Shown here piece after piece: positions 13,324 to 26,646 of a stretch of DNA of 64,000 bases. Source of the DNA: Octopus sinensis (Eukaryota); assembly GCF_006345805.1 (NCBI RefSeq), contig NC_043005.1, positions 39,556,001 to 39,620,000 of the forward strand, written 5' to 3'. Under the pieces are notes generated by a model. It saw nothing but the letters and a program-made list of their open reading frames with translations. It was not told the origin of the DNA and made no database searches. Position numbers and translations under genes: made by a program. Numbering within the stretch: position 1 is the stretch's first letter; each line of letters begins with the position of its first letter.

Positions 13324-14477
13324 TTTTAAACTTTTAAATAATCATACTTTATATATTTATACATCTATCTATTAATACAATAGTACTTTGGACTTATATC
13401 TTCTGTGACGAATTTTTAATGTAATTTTCCTGCACTTATTTTATAATATAATATATACATGTTTATATATATCATCGTTTATTACAGCCGTTTTAATTAA
13501 TACCCAATAATTTAATTATAAATTTAGACATTAAATTTACATATATGTGATATGAGTATAAGTTCATCAGAGGAAAAAAGATGTACCTTTGGATGTTATA
13601 TGTGAGTTTATCTATCCATTTCAGCAGACTATGAAATGGATTGATAAGCTGAAATATTTATGTAAGTATGGATATGGCTAGATGGAAGGATGAATGGATG
13701 GATGGATGGATGGATGGATGGATGGATGGATGGATGGATGGTAGACTCCACTTAGTCTCCACTTGCCAAATTCACTCACGACTCACTGTTCTGCCCGGGG
13801 CTTTAGAAGAAGACTTTGCCCAAGATACCGCGCAGTCGGAATGAACCCACAATTGAGTTTGTTAATTCATCGTTGCGCATTAAAACTACCCATCAACTGA
13901 CCAACAGTGTCATCATTCTTACAAAAAAAAATCGTATCTAGATACATATTAACTTACTGGTGGATCTAAATCCGAATGAGTGCATATCTATGATCGAACA
14001 CGCGTTAGTTTGGATCAATGTGTACCATAGTAGTTCAATGTACAGAACAACATAATTCAAGAGGTTGAGGAACACACAGATAACGCTGCCTTGGTTTTGT
14101 ACCCAGGAAATTATAGCATTACATAGATAAAGTTATCGTTTTTCAATTCAGGCGCAATCCAAATGATGATTGAGTCAAGTTTCGGAGAGAAGATTTGGAC
14201 TGATTCGAGACTTTTTTTTTTTTTGAAGAACTGGCTCTAATTTTACTGACAATCCTTGGATCAAGAGAAAAGTATAGGAAGGACACTTAACCAACATGCG
14301 ATATTGTAATTTCGAAACAGGAATCCCGCTTCTGCGTAGCGAAATTCTAAACAATTCTGCAATATCTGCTTCCATTTACACACACACATATCATACGCGC
14401 ATACATATAAACACACACACACAAACACAAATATATATGCATATATATGCGTATGTATATGCATGAATACATGTATG

Positions 14478-14513
<36 letters not shown>

Positions 14514-14619
14514 CACATATGTGTGTGAGCGCGAGCGTGAGAGTGTGTATGTGTGTGTGTATACATATCAGCCAGCTTGTATGATCACGTCGCAGCGAAA
14601 ATGATTATCCAAGAGTCAA

Positions 14620-15085
14620 ATACAGGGCTTGACACCCTGCGATGTCAATTTAATAGCGGAACTGGAGGCAGTTCAATGGTGCTACATCAAGAAGACGAAC
14701 AAACTTGGGGTACCAGAAGAGACTGAAACAAATGCGACTCTAACCCGAGGATGATATACATATGGGCGAATTTAAAGGGGCCAGCACCAAACTTTGGCAT
14801 CGAGAGTTATGTCACTACCAATCCGAACAGGATACCACTGGGGTTCCAAAGGAGCTACTCATCCTATCTAGGATTAGGATTAGATGCTGTAATAGCTTTG
14901 GATTTAAAGACCCACAGCTATTTAGTATCTTACTAAAAAGCCTGAGAAATCTATATGGATTGGGGATAGGTGTTTTCTAGAAGCACCTTGACCTGCAAAC
15001 TTCAAGGATCCCAATGAACCTACAGCGATGAAAGCAAGTCAAACGAGTGCAGCAATATGAAACTTCCTCGTTTATCAAAAGCTAA
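14620..15085 (+). mobile_element. CR1-group LINE 3' fragment
   Basis: IAELEAVQ..YIKK..YQKRLKQM..MIYIWANLKGPAPNFGIESY..RCCNSFGFKDPQLFSILLKSLRNL..KHLDL resembles the post-RT C-terminus of CR1-type ORF2; frameshifted. Confidence 0.7.
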
Positions 15086-15202
15086 CCACACAGGACTGGC
15101 TACTGGAAAGGTGATGATACTGGCGATGCCCCAGCATGGCCCCAACCTTTAGGATGAAACACACAAAAGAATGAAAGAATAAAAGAAAAGAATATATATG
15201 TA

Positions 15203-15263
<61 letters not shown>

Positions 15264-15636
15264 GGCGCAGGAGTGGCTGTGTGGTAAGTAGCTTGCTAAC
15301 CAACCACACGGTGCGGGTTCAGTCCCACTGCGTGGCATCTTGGGCAAGTGTCTTCTGCTATAGCCCCGGGCCGACCAATGCCTTGTGAGTGGATTTGGTA
15401 GACGGAAACTGAAAGAAGCCTGTCGTATATATGTATATATATGTATATGTGTGTGTGTTGTGTGTCTGTGTTTGTCCCCTAGCATTGCTTGACAACCGAT
15501 GCTGGTGTGTTTAGGTCCCCGTCACTTAGCGGTTCGGCAAAAAGAGACCGATAGAATAAGTACTAAAAGGTGGTGCTCCAGCATGGCCGCAGTCAAATGA
15601 CTGAAACAAGTAAAAGAGTAAAAGAGTAAAAGAGTA
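15264..15636 (+). mobile_element. tRNA-type SINE, family C, near full length, inserted in (AT)n
   Basis: A box TGGCTGTGTGG, B-like GGGTTCAGTCCC, CTTGGGCAAGTG core, internal (TA/TG)n, (AAAAGAGT)3 tail. Partial copies at about 13745-13850(-), 24757-24890(-), 26200-26360(+), 37841-37981(-). Confidence 0.9.
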
Positions 15637-15700
<64 letters not shown>

Positions 15701-16573
15701 ACAATTCTAAATTTTTTACATTTTTGACTCTGCTTCTCGCCATTTTCATTCAATTTTTTCATTCACCTATTTTCATCTCTCTTTCTCGTCGTCGACTTCC
15801 CTTCACGATTGACTACTTCCTCGTATTCTCATTCTTTCTCTTCATTCTATTTCCTTTATCATTGTTTTCTTTCTGTCGTGATTCTTCTTGTTCCATCAGT
15901 GTCGTACTTTTTACCACTCCTCTCTCTATTTGTTATTTCTCCCTTCGATTCCTTCGTCATTTTCTCCATACTTTCTATGTTTTTCTGCTCCGTCTTCCTT
16001 TTCCAATTTCCTAACAAACGTAATGTTATTGACAGATAAGCATTTCAAGCAAAAAACAAAACGGGGTATAAACAATTTCTGGACTGCGGCTGCTTCTTGT
16101 AGCATTTCTAGGGAATACAAGGTAACAGGGAAAGATATGAAAATAAGAGAGTAGAAACAGTGACATGAAGAACTAGTGGCAAAGTGGAAGGGAACTTAGA
16201 GAGAGGGAATAGGAAGAGAAAGCGGGAGAGTGAGCTATGGATGAGATGGATGTATAATAGATTAACGCAGGAGTTTTGATAAGTTATGGTAATAGGGAAA
16301 CTGAAAAGAGGGAAGGAATAAGAGAGAGATGGGTGAGGGAGTGTGAGGGAGGGTGAGAGGGGTGAGGGAGTGCAATAGGGATGAGGGAAGGATGAGGTAG
16401 GGGTGAGAGAGAGTGGAGCAAGAAACGGAATGATTGAAAGATTAAGGATACGACTAAGTAGAAGAAATAGAAAAATAGGAATAACAGAAAGAAGAGGGAT
16501 AGATAGATATATAACGGGGAATTTTTGTATTTATCTCTTTCTCTCTTTCTCCCCCTCTCTCCCTCTCTCTCTG

Positions 16574-16609
<36 letters not shown>

Positions 16610-16632
16610 TAAATATATATATATATAAATAA

Positions 16633-16712
<80 letters not shown>

Positions 16713-16725
16713 GTAGGTAGGTAGG

Positions 16726-16822
<97 letters not shown>
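16633..16822. repeat. (AGAT)n microsatellite with AGGT interruption
   Basis: Direct reading. Confidence 0.97.
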
Positions 16823-17630
16823 GCGTGTACGCGAACAAGCAATTATGCATGCATGTACGAATCCCCAATAAAACAATATCTGGATGTTCCACACTAAATG
16901 AATATCAAGAAACAAATATATCCGACATACTTCAACGGGAATGCAAACTAATTTTCAGTTTGAGAATGAATGGGGTGTTTTCATCAAATTGCACCGTGGG
17001 ATAGCAATACTGCCAACTGTCAATAATACAATATGCAGCAACTTTATTGCATTACTGGCAGAAATCTTCGTAAATGGATGATATCTACCGCAAGTTTGAC
17101 GGTAAGGTAAATGAATTAATACACAGCCATCATGCTTGATATTGAGAGATAGTTACAGAGGATAGAGGAAGAATGTAGTTTAAATAGAAGAATGAATGGA
17201 GAATGTTTGGATGGTCAATAACTTTGGTGCATGTCTTTTTTCTGGAATTTAGAATTTTGCGAATGATCTAGGGTCGCAATTTCGACGATATGTGATTGGA
17301 TTTCGAATGATGAACATTTATGTCACGGTATACTGTCAGGAATTATTAACGAGAGCTCGTAGAGTTGGTCTTGGAGTGAAACTGCTGTTAGTATTTTGTT
17401 TCATCGCAAAGTGTTTCTTTTTTCACTCTGAGGAAAATACATAACTACAGGTAATGTTACCGGAGATTTTCCAGCGAGCAAAGCTCATCTAGAAGATTCA
17501 TTTATAACTAGTGGGCCCCGCTGAAATTCTACGGAACGAAAGCTATTTACGAAAGAAAATATCATTTGATTTTTTTTATTCTTATCTTGCTAAGTGTTTC
17601 ACTTCCAGTCACAATAATATATCTTAAAAT

Positions 17631-18165
17631 AAGGCGGCGAACTGGCAGAAATGTTAGCACGCCGGGCGAAATGCCGTTACGTTCTGAATTCAAATTCCGC
17701 CGAGGTCGACTTTGCTTTTCATTCTTTCGGGGTCGATTAAATAAGTACCAGTCACGCACTGTGGTCGATATACTCGACTTAACCCGTCTGTCTGTAGCCC
17801 CTTGTGGGCAGTAAAGAAATAGGTATTTCGTCTGCCGTTATGTTCTGAATTCAAATTCCGCCGAGGTCGACTTTGCCTTTCATCCTTTCGGGGTCGATTA
17901 AATAAGTACCAGTTACGCACTGTGGTCGATATACTCGACTTAATCCGTCTGTCTGTAGCCCCTTGTGGGCAGTAAAGAAATAGGTATTTCGTCTGCCGTT
18001 ATGTTCTGAATTCAAATTCCGCCGAGGTCGACTTTGCCTTTCATCCTTTCGGGGTCGATTAAATAAGTACCAGTTACGCACTGGGTCGATGTAATCGACT
18101 TAATCCGTTTGTATGTCCTTGTTTGTCCTTTCTAGGTTTAGCCCCTTGTGGGCAATAAAGAAATA
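17631..18165 (+). mobile_element. SINE family B trimer (161-bp period) with 18-bp TSD
   Basis: GTTCTGAATTCAAATTCC at 17681, 17842 and 18003; TSD AATAATATATCTTAAAAT at 17613-17630 and 18166-18183. Confidence 0.92.
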
Positions 18166-19129
18166 AATAATATATCTTAAAATTTCTCTCTACTAAGCAC
18201 CTTATATTTCTCTTTCTCCCTACCACTTCAACAAACTTCTTAACCATGTAATTCCCGTTCATGTAATTGCTGTTTACATGTCTTTAACATTTCTCTCTAT
18301 CTCTTCACCTCTCACTTCTACTAACTCTCTCTCTCTCTCTCTCTCTCTGTCTCTTAATGTAACTGCCTCCCCTGCCCATCTCTCGTTATTTGCCTTTCTT
18401 TAACCTTACCACCAAAACGTCACCCTCCTAGATATTGTATCCTAAACTTTCTCTTTACCTTTCCCTTCCCACCGTACAGCACGTAATTAACACTTCTCTC
18501 TGCCTCTTTTCTCTCACTGTCTCTTTCTCTCTCTCTCTCTTAGCCACGTGACGCATTTAGCCTTATACTCCTTTCCCTACTTCTTCCTCACTTCTTTCTT
18601 ATCCACATCCCTCACCCTCTCTCTCTCTCTCTATCTATCTGTCTATCTCATTCTTTTATTCCTCCTCTCACTCACTCCACCACTACCTCTCTAATTAACC
18701 GAAATATAACGAGCAAACGAACAAGCGGATTATCATATTGGTGTGATGTCGCGTGAATTTGTTAGGGTGTTCCACTCATGATCGTTAGATTGTGATTATG
18801 ATTCCCAGACCTGATGGTGTGTAGTGTTCTTGAGCAAAATATTTCCATTATCACAATGCTCCAGTCCACTCCTCTGTAAAAGAATAAACTTGAGACAAAT
18901 TGGTGTGGTGTGCGAAGAGAATATTGTGATATCGGTCATTCGTACCCCTTTGAAACCCCAGGTCACCAGCCCTGAGCGTTACTGTGCATGATGAAAGCTC
19001 CTCAATCACTGATATCGGCAAGACTTGATCTCCGAACCTTAAGAACCGGTGCAAATAATGCAACGTAATCTGTTTGATGCTATAATGAATCTGTCAATCC
19101 ATCGCCCTTAGTAATAGTTTCCAATATAG

Positions 19130-20620
19130 ACACAAGGTCAGCAATTATATGGAAAGTGAGTAAGTCCCAAAAGAGGGAAAGGCAAAATTGGCCTCCATGG
19201 GGTTTAAACTCAGAACTTTTAGAGCTGGGAAATTGTATCATTAATAATTTTTTTCAACTTATAGCACAAAGCCAGTAATTTGGAGGCAGTGAGTTAGTCG
19301 ATTATATTGACTTCAGTACGTGAGTAGCATTTTATTTTCTCGAGGAAAAGTCGAGCTCACCGGAATTTAAAGCCAGAACGTAAAATAGGAAGAAATGCCT
19401 CGAAGCATTTTTTCCCACATGCTAGTGATCCTGCCAGTTCGCTAAGGCGACGAGCTGTATTAATAATGGTGTTAAATTTTGTCAAGCGACCAGCAATCTT
19501 AGGGAGAGTGTAAGTCGATTATATCGACCCCAGTGCTAAACTGATACTTATTTTATCAACCCCGAAAGTCGACCTTGGCAGAATATGAACTTAGAGCATA
19601 AAGAAGGGTGAAATGCCACTAGACATTTTCTCCGACGTGCCAACGATTATCCTTTCACAAGGCCTGAAATTTGAAATTTGCGGGAGGGGGACAGTCGATT
19701 ACATCGACCCTAGTACTCAACTGGTACTTAATTTATCGACCGCGAAAGGATGAAAGTTAAAGTGGATCTCGGCAGAATTAGACCTCAGAACGTAGCGAGG
19801 GGTGAAATAACGCTAAGCATTTCGTCCAGCGTGCTAACAATTCTGCCAGCTCACCACTTTAGCTATAGCATTAATAATGGTTTCAAGTTTTGGCACAAGG
19901 CCAGCAATTCCAAGGACGAGTAAAATCGAATACATCGACCCTAATGCTTGACTTGTACTTATTTTATCGATCTCCAAAGAGTGAATGGCAAAGTCGACCC
20001 CGGCGGAATTTGAACTCAGAACACGAAGATTGACGAAATACCTATTTCTTTACTACCCACAAAGGGCTAGACGAAGAGAGGACAAACAAGGACAGACAAA
20101 CGGATTAAGTCGATTATATCGACCCCAGTGGGAAACTGGTACTTACTTAATCGACCCCGAAAGGATGAAAAGCAAAGTCGACCTCGAAGAAATTTGAACT
20201 CAGAACGTAGCGGCAGACGAAATACCTATTTCTTTACTACCCACAAGAGGCTAAACACAGAGAAGGAGGACAAACAAGGACAGACAAACGAATTAAGTCG
20301 ATTATGTCGACCCCAGTGTGTAACTGGTACTTATTCAATCGACCCCGAAAGGATGAAAGGCAAAGTCGACCTTGGCAGAAAAATACCTATTTCTTTACTA
20401 ACCACAAGAGGCTAAACACAGAGAGGACAAACAATGACAGACAAACGGATTAAGTCGATTATATCAACCCCAGTGCGTAACTGGTACTTATTTAATCGAC
20501 CCTGAAAGGATGAAAGGCAAAGTTGATCTCGGTGGAATTTGAACTCAGAACGTAACGGCAGATGAAATACGGCTACGCATTTCGCCCGTCGTGCTAACGT
20601 TTCTGCCAGTTCGCCGCCTT
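19130..20620 (-). mobile_element. Tandem cluster of SINE family B: older full units about 19130-19990, younger multimer about 19960-20620
   Basis: Repeated AAGTCGATT..ATCGACCCCAGT..CTGGTACTTA..ATCGACCCCGAAAGGATGAAAGGCAAAGTCGACC; 5' head ends TTCGCCGCCTT at 20620. Confidence 0.9.
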
Positions 20621-21451
20621 AGCTATAGTGCTAATAATAATAATTAACAACTATAACAATCAATGACAACAAATCATAAACACCGCTACGGCCATCGCCA
20701 ATCTCTCTAACCACCATCAATAATAATATGAACATCAGCGGTGTTTAATAGCTCTACCGACAAACTAAATTACTTGTAAACGTCCCGACGAAGTTCCTGG
20801 TCGAAATGTAAAAAAACAATCTCGGGTTTAAAAGCTGTCTACAGATTAAGGATAGGACATGTGCTGTAGAAAGGTGGGTGAATGGAGTGTAGCAATGGCA
20901 ACAACAAAGTTCTAATTCTATATTTGGAAGTTAACGAACCAATAAAAGCCGCCACCATCATCATAGCTAGAAAACCCTCATCCCGCGCTGTCAGAACATA
21001 AAACGAATATCTCCTCCCACACTCTCTCCGACATCCCACTGGTCTTATAGATATAATTTGAACTGTTCACCTAGAAAAATATAAAAATGAATGGGAAAGA
21101 GAGGAAGAAGACAGACAAAGAGAGGTAGAGAAAGAATCGGAGAGGGATGGAGAGGGATGGTGGAGGGTGAAGGAAACGAAAGAAAGAAAGAAAATGCCGA
21201 TGATTCTGATATAACTTTGATATACGGTATTGTTTTGGATCGTTTACTACTAAATAAACTTGCGGTTTGGTTTTATCTAGATTTCAAAATAAAGTTAACC
21301 TCGTTTTGAAACGACCGCTTTTCTTTTCTTCTTTTCCTTCAGTTTTTGGTCTTTTATATGATTTTTCTGGACTTTTTTTTCCTGTCCTTTTCTTTTCTTT
21401 TCTTTATTATTTTTTTTTTTTCGTTCAGACATACAATTCAAACAAAAGCAA

Positions 21452-21456
21452 TAATA

Positions 21457-21488
<32 letters not shown>

Positions 21489-21504
21489 GATGATGATGAT
21501 GATA

Positions 21505-21536
<32 letters not shown>

Positions 21537-21590
21537 AACGATGAAGATGCTGATGATGATGATAACGAACAACAACAACAACAATAACGA
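21452..21590. repeat. (GAT)n/(CAA)n trinucleotide repeat
   Basis: Direct reading; source of the poly-D/M/H ORFs. Confidence 0.96.
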
Positions 21591-21884
21591 ACAGCAATAA
21601 AAAAAATCAAAAACAAAATGATGACCAATAACTAATCATTGAAGATAATCAACCCGGGGGAGGTTTATTTTTAAGTTTATATTCGGAGGCCCTCAGCCAA
21701 AATAGCAACGGACACCAAACCAATTGTGATTGTATTGCAGCCATAATTTGTATTTATCGTCGTCTTCCTATGGTCTCGGCGAAAATCCAATTGAACAAAA
21801 ATACATTTGTCAACCACTTCAGCCTCCATCAACACCAGCGCCGACATTAATTAATGTTCTAGTGGCGACAGAGAAGTGGTAACG

Positions 21885-22500
21885 GTTGGTTGTAGTGGTA
21901 GCTTTAGCAATAGTAGTGGTGGTGGTGGTGGTGGTGGTTTTCATCGTGATTTTATTTGTGGTGGTGGTTGTCTGTTGGTTTTGGACTGGAATTATTCGAT
22001 GGGGTGTTGAAGCTGTTAATGCTGTTATGTTGTTGTTGTTAATGATGGATGTTGATGCTGTTAAAGTTCTTGTTGCTGTTGTTGGTTGTGGTAGGGGTGG
22101 TGTTGGCGGTGCTGGTAGGAGTGGTGATCGTGGTGCTGACGTTAGTGATGGTAAAGATGGTGGTGCTTTTGTTGGCTATAGAAATGATTTTGGGATTATA
22201 TATGGGGGTTGATTTTGTTGCTTTTATTCTTGTAAATTGTTTTTGTTGTTGTTGTTGTTGCTGTTGTTGTTGTTGTTGTTGTTGTTAGTGGTGGTGGTGG
22301 TGGTGGTGGTGGTGGTGGTGGTGGTTGTCGTCGTCGTCGTCGTCGTATTGCTGGTGGGGTTTCGAGATGGTGTCTATGGGCGAGGTTGGCGAAATTATTC
22401 GTGGTGGCAGTGGCGGTGGCAGTGGCGTTGGCGGTGGTGGTGGTGGTGGTGGTGGTGATGGTGGTGGTGGTGGTCTTGTTGGTCTTGGTAGTGATGGTGG
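21885..22500. repeat. (GGT)n/(GTT)n/(GTC)n low-complexity tract
   Basis: Direct reading. Confidence 0.9.
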
Positions 22501-22974
22501 TGTTTTCTGATAAAGCAGCAGTTTGAGAGGATAACGAAAAAATATAAAGCATGGTTATCCACTTGCAGTGTAGTCGAGCAGACAATGACGATAAACATTC
22601 CAGTCCAGCTGTGCTCATCTTGTCTTCTACACATACTCCATGTACAGATATAGGACTACATTATCTAATGTATATTTTTATTTCTCTTAAGGCAGTAGTA
22701 TGTGCTGCGAAAGAGATATCGTCATGGCCATTAATAAAGTCACGGGAAAAAATGTCACAATTAATTTATGGTGGCCGGCAACAAGTCACAGAGAAAGTCA
22801 CAATTTTATCTTGGAAAGAAAGTCAAGTAATCAAACAAAAATATTCAACTCAGTCACAATTTATTAAAATACCATAAACAATTAATGTGATAAGACAGAA
22901 AATATTTTAAATCAGTCATTAACTGGCAATATAGGACTTGTACATATTGACGACACTATATGTGAATGCATTAA

Positions 22975-23223
22975 AATAAATAAATGAGCCCTTTTAAAGC
23001 CTAGCCAGGCTCATGAGCCCGGTTTCTATGGCGTATGTGTTCCTCAGCTAGACGGGACGCCAGTCCATCGCAGCGATACTCATTTTTGCCAGCTGAGTGG
23101 ACTGGAGCAACGCGAAATGAAATGTTTTGCTCAAGAAAACAACGCGTCGCCCGATCCAGGAATCGAAACCACAATCTTATGATCATGATGCTGACACCCT
23201 AACCACTAAGCCACGCGCCTCCA
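22975..23223 (-). mobile_element. tRNA-derived SINE, family A head with GATGGACTGGCGTCCCGTC central/3' module
   Basis: Reverse complement GGAGGCGCGTGGCTTAGTGGTTAG..GGTTTCGATTCC..GCGATGGACTGGCGTCCCGTC..GAAACCGGG..(TTTA)n tail. Confidence 0.88.
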
Positions 23224-23959
23224 CATGAAATGGCATTACATGTGACTTTTTACTGTGATTTTTTTTTTGTTACCTGGATTGGAAACTATTGCTACTTGTA
23301 GCAGGAACACTGACCACAGGAGTTGTTCCTCCAGTGTAGAAAACCTATCTTAAGGTAGTTACTGTAATCAGATCTTATATTAACAGGAATCCTGAGATCT
23401 TGATGCAATGGAATCCATCCACCCATTTTCCCACCAAACCATTTGTGGAAATGTCGTTGGGGTAAAGTTCTCAGACACTTCTTCCATAGCATCCTGTCAA
23501 AAGCAACCATCCTTTCACACTATCTAGCTGGATTCCAAAGCGTGATCAACTAAGATTATAGAAATGCATGAACTAATTATATACTGTCAGCTTCTGAATA
23601 TAACTCCTTCAAAATCACCATCAAAAACACTCTATTCAGTGTCCGACATTTCGAGGTCACTCAATTGTTCAACTGCCTTTCCTAAAGAAATCATACACAT
23701 AAAAGGTCCTCAAATGAAACATTGAACAAATTACTGGATACACTCAATGAAGACCAGCTGCTACAAATTCAAACATAGATCAACTTCCAGACATAAAACA
23801 ACAAAACAGAAAGTAAATAAATTAAGGCGATGCTCCAGCATAATCGCGATCCTACGACTGAAAGCAAAAAAGAATTAAAAAGAATAAAAGAATCACCCAA
23901 CCATCACATTATGTCTCCTGCTGGTTGTCTACGTTTGAAGTATCTCTCTTACGATTCTT

Positions 23960-24760
23960 TCTCCGACATTCTAATCACGTTACTTTGTAAAGGTCCACAG
24001 AAAAAACCTCCAAAGTGAAGGTGTCGAGGACCATTATCACAGCCTCCTTCAACTCCAAAACAACGGCCCCTGATGTTCGCCTTCAGCTTAGTAAACGATC
24101 AAAGTCACAGGGAGCAAAGTCTGGACTGTATGGAAGATGAGAGACAGTTTTATGTCCCTCTCTCTCAAATAGTTGTTTACTAAGGAACTCGTCCCTAAGC
24201 ACCTACTGAACAAACTTTGTAGAATTTCTGCGCACGTTCAGATCTTCGTGAATATGTACATTTGCCATACCAACTCTATACTATAAGCATTTTGTATTCA
24301 TAGACACACTACGTTTTTCATCCAAGACATAGTGAATTTTCTCAACCAATTATCATATTTATGAATCTCTTTCCCTGCCAGTCCTCTCATTGTATCTCAC
24401 CTCTATGTCCTTAAACATCTTGCACCAGCGGAAAGCTTAATCCAAAACTAGTCTGGAGCATTTCATTAGTTTCTGTAGCATTTTACCCAGATTACCTCAA
24501 AATTGTATTGCATAATGAGCTTCCAAACGTCCCGACTGCATTCTGCAAACTAATGAGCTGTGACAAGCAGTGCTTAGCAGGGTATGTTCAAAGTGCTGTT
24601 ACAGCCATCTCCTTCAATCTGGAATAACTAAAGTTAACTGGACAGTTTATTAGTTCTACAGTAATGATGTACTAAAAGTACAATAATCAAAGACAGTAAT
24701 AACTGCCTCACCTAAAACAGTCGCAAGACTTCTGGCATGCGTCGCGCATACTTTATGACG
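23960..24760 (-). mobile_element. Degraded, internally deleted mariner transposase
   Basis: Minus strand: HYAIQF..LGK.ATETNEMLQTSFG..FRWCKMFKD..LVEKIH..IHEDLNVRR..KFV, and KTVSHLPYSPDFAPCDF. Confidence 0.8.
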
Positions 24761-25173
24761 AGATTCTTTTAGTTTCCATCAACCAAATCCACTCTCAAGG
24801 CTTTAGCTGACCTGGAGCCTTAGCTGAAATACTTGCCCAAGATGCCACGCAAAGGGAAATCAAAGACGACATTATTCGGAAGCAAACAATTTGACATTAA
24901 ACTGAAGGATTACTCAATAGTTTTCCGAAGAGTCTTGAGTAATAAACTTTTACAAGATAGGTTGATAGTCATTTCTAAGTTTCGGTTTGTTCGCCTCTAT
25001 CTATAACTAGATAGATAAATATATAAGTAGACAGAGAGACAGGCAGACAGATAGACGGACAGACAGACAAACAAACAGACAAACAAACAGACAAACATAC
25101 GAATACATACATAGGTATGTAAATATATGTGTGAGTATATCAATACATACTCATACACAATACACACACACAG

Positions 25174-25208
<35 letters not shown>

Positions 25209-25356
25209 CATACGTACGTACGTACGTACATACACCCATATATACATACATACAAACATACATGCATACATATATACATATTGCGTATGTCTTGTTTCAA
25301 CAAAATGGAGAAATATGTTTGCGTGTTCATGTTGACTATGCATATATGCTTGCATT

Positions 25357-25415
<59 letters not shown>

Positions 25416-26491
25416 GTGTGTACGTGTGTGTGTGTTTGTTACATGCGCTTCTCTGTATGTATATGAATGTGTATGTACCTATGCGTGAGGTCGGAGACTA
25501 TTAATAAACATGCACTTAACCAAACATTGAACGATATTTAATGGCAGCATGGAAAGGTCCACGTTGTTGATCAGAGTGTTAGAAATAGCAGTCAAATCTA
25601 GCTGAAATCGCACTTATAAAATTAGGAAAGGATAGCGAGACTGTCAAAAGGTTTGATGTTCGGTGAACTTGATACCGCAACCACAAACACAACAGCAACC
25701 ACCACGTGGCCAGATGGGCACGAATACATTACGAAATGTATATATCGATATTAATTTCGAGTGGCGGTGGATAGGCAGAATCTTTAGAACGATAAATAAG
25801 ATGCTTTATTCTATTTCGCTATGATCCGATACGTTCTAAGTTCAAATTCCAATGGTGTCAAGTCTAACTTCATTTCCTAAGGTCATTAAAACAATGAACA
25901 GACCGGCTCAAACTGTAGGCTTGTGACAATGTTAAAAATCAATATTGATTTGTAAAAGTTCATACAAGTTTATCCATTGAGATGAGAGAGTAGTCAATGA
26001 AATCGTTCCCTGTGCTTGAGTGATAAATTCTTTTATCGATCACACCAGTAGGAAAGCCATATTTGAACGAGGTCGGATTAACTTTGCCTTTCATACTTCG
26101 AAGTGTAATATAATAATACTCTCAAATATATTAAACCAAATATATTAAATTTCTCGTAAGTCATTAGTCTTTATCAAAAAAATTTCTGCAAATAGTGTCA
26201 ATATGGTTGTGTAATTAAGAAGTTCAATTCACAACTGCATGATTCTGGGTTCGATTCTTCTGTGTGGCAACATGGTCAAGCATCGTCTAAAAGATACTCA
26301 GGTTAAGCAATAGATTACGAGTGGGATTTGAGCCAATGGAAATTGTACTGAAGTCCGTTATATATCTAAGTATGTATACGTTAATATATAAAACACACAT
26401 ATATATATATGTGTGTGTGTGTGTGTATGTATATGTATTTGCATACATCACACACATTCAGACACACACATTCACGAACACACAAAAATCA

Positions 26492-26542
<51 letters not shown>

Positions 26543-26646
26543 CATATGTGTACATCTACATATATAAAATTGAATTTTGTCTGTCTGTCTGTAAAAATGA
26601 CAGTAACCACAACAAATCCGTTGGAGCAGTCTTCCCCTGGTTCAGT

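Larger units (their letters stand above)
10830..13460 (-). mobile_element. 5'-truncated Penelope-like element (probably Naiad-type) with inverted pLTR copy
   Basis: Coding remnant about 11610-13095 (-); inverted arms about 10830-11205 and 13095-13460, each carrying an HHR; (AT)n upstream. Confidence 0.92.

Noticed and set aside
16930-17400. Possible further GIY-YIG remnant (ITGRNLRKWM)
   Set aside because: Too degraded; only one short motif, requiring multiple frameshifts.
17631-20620. Regularly spaced repeats as a CRISPR-like array
   Set aside because: The units are whole SINE bodies with no unique spacers, in a eukaryotic context with no cas genes.
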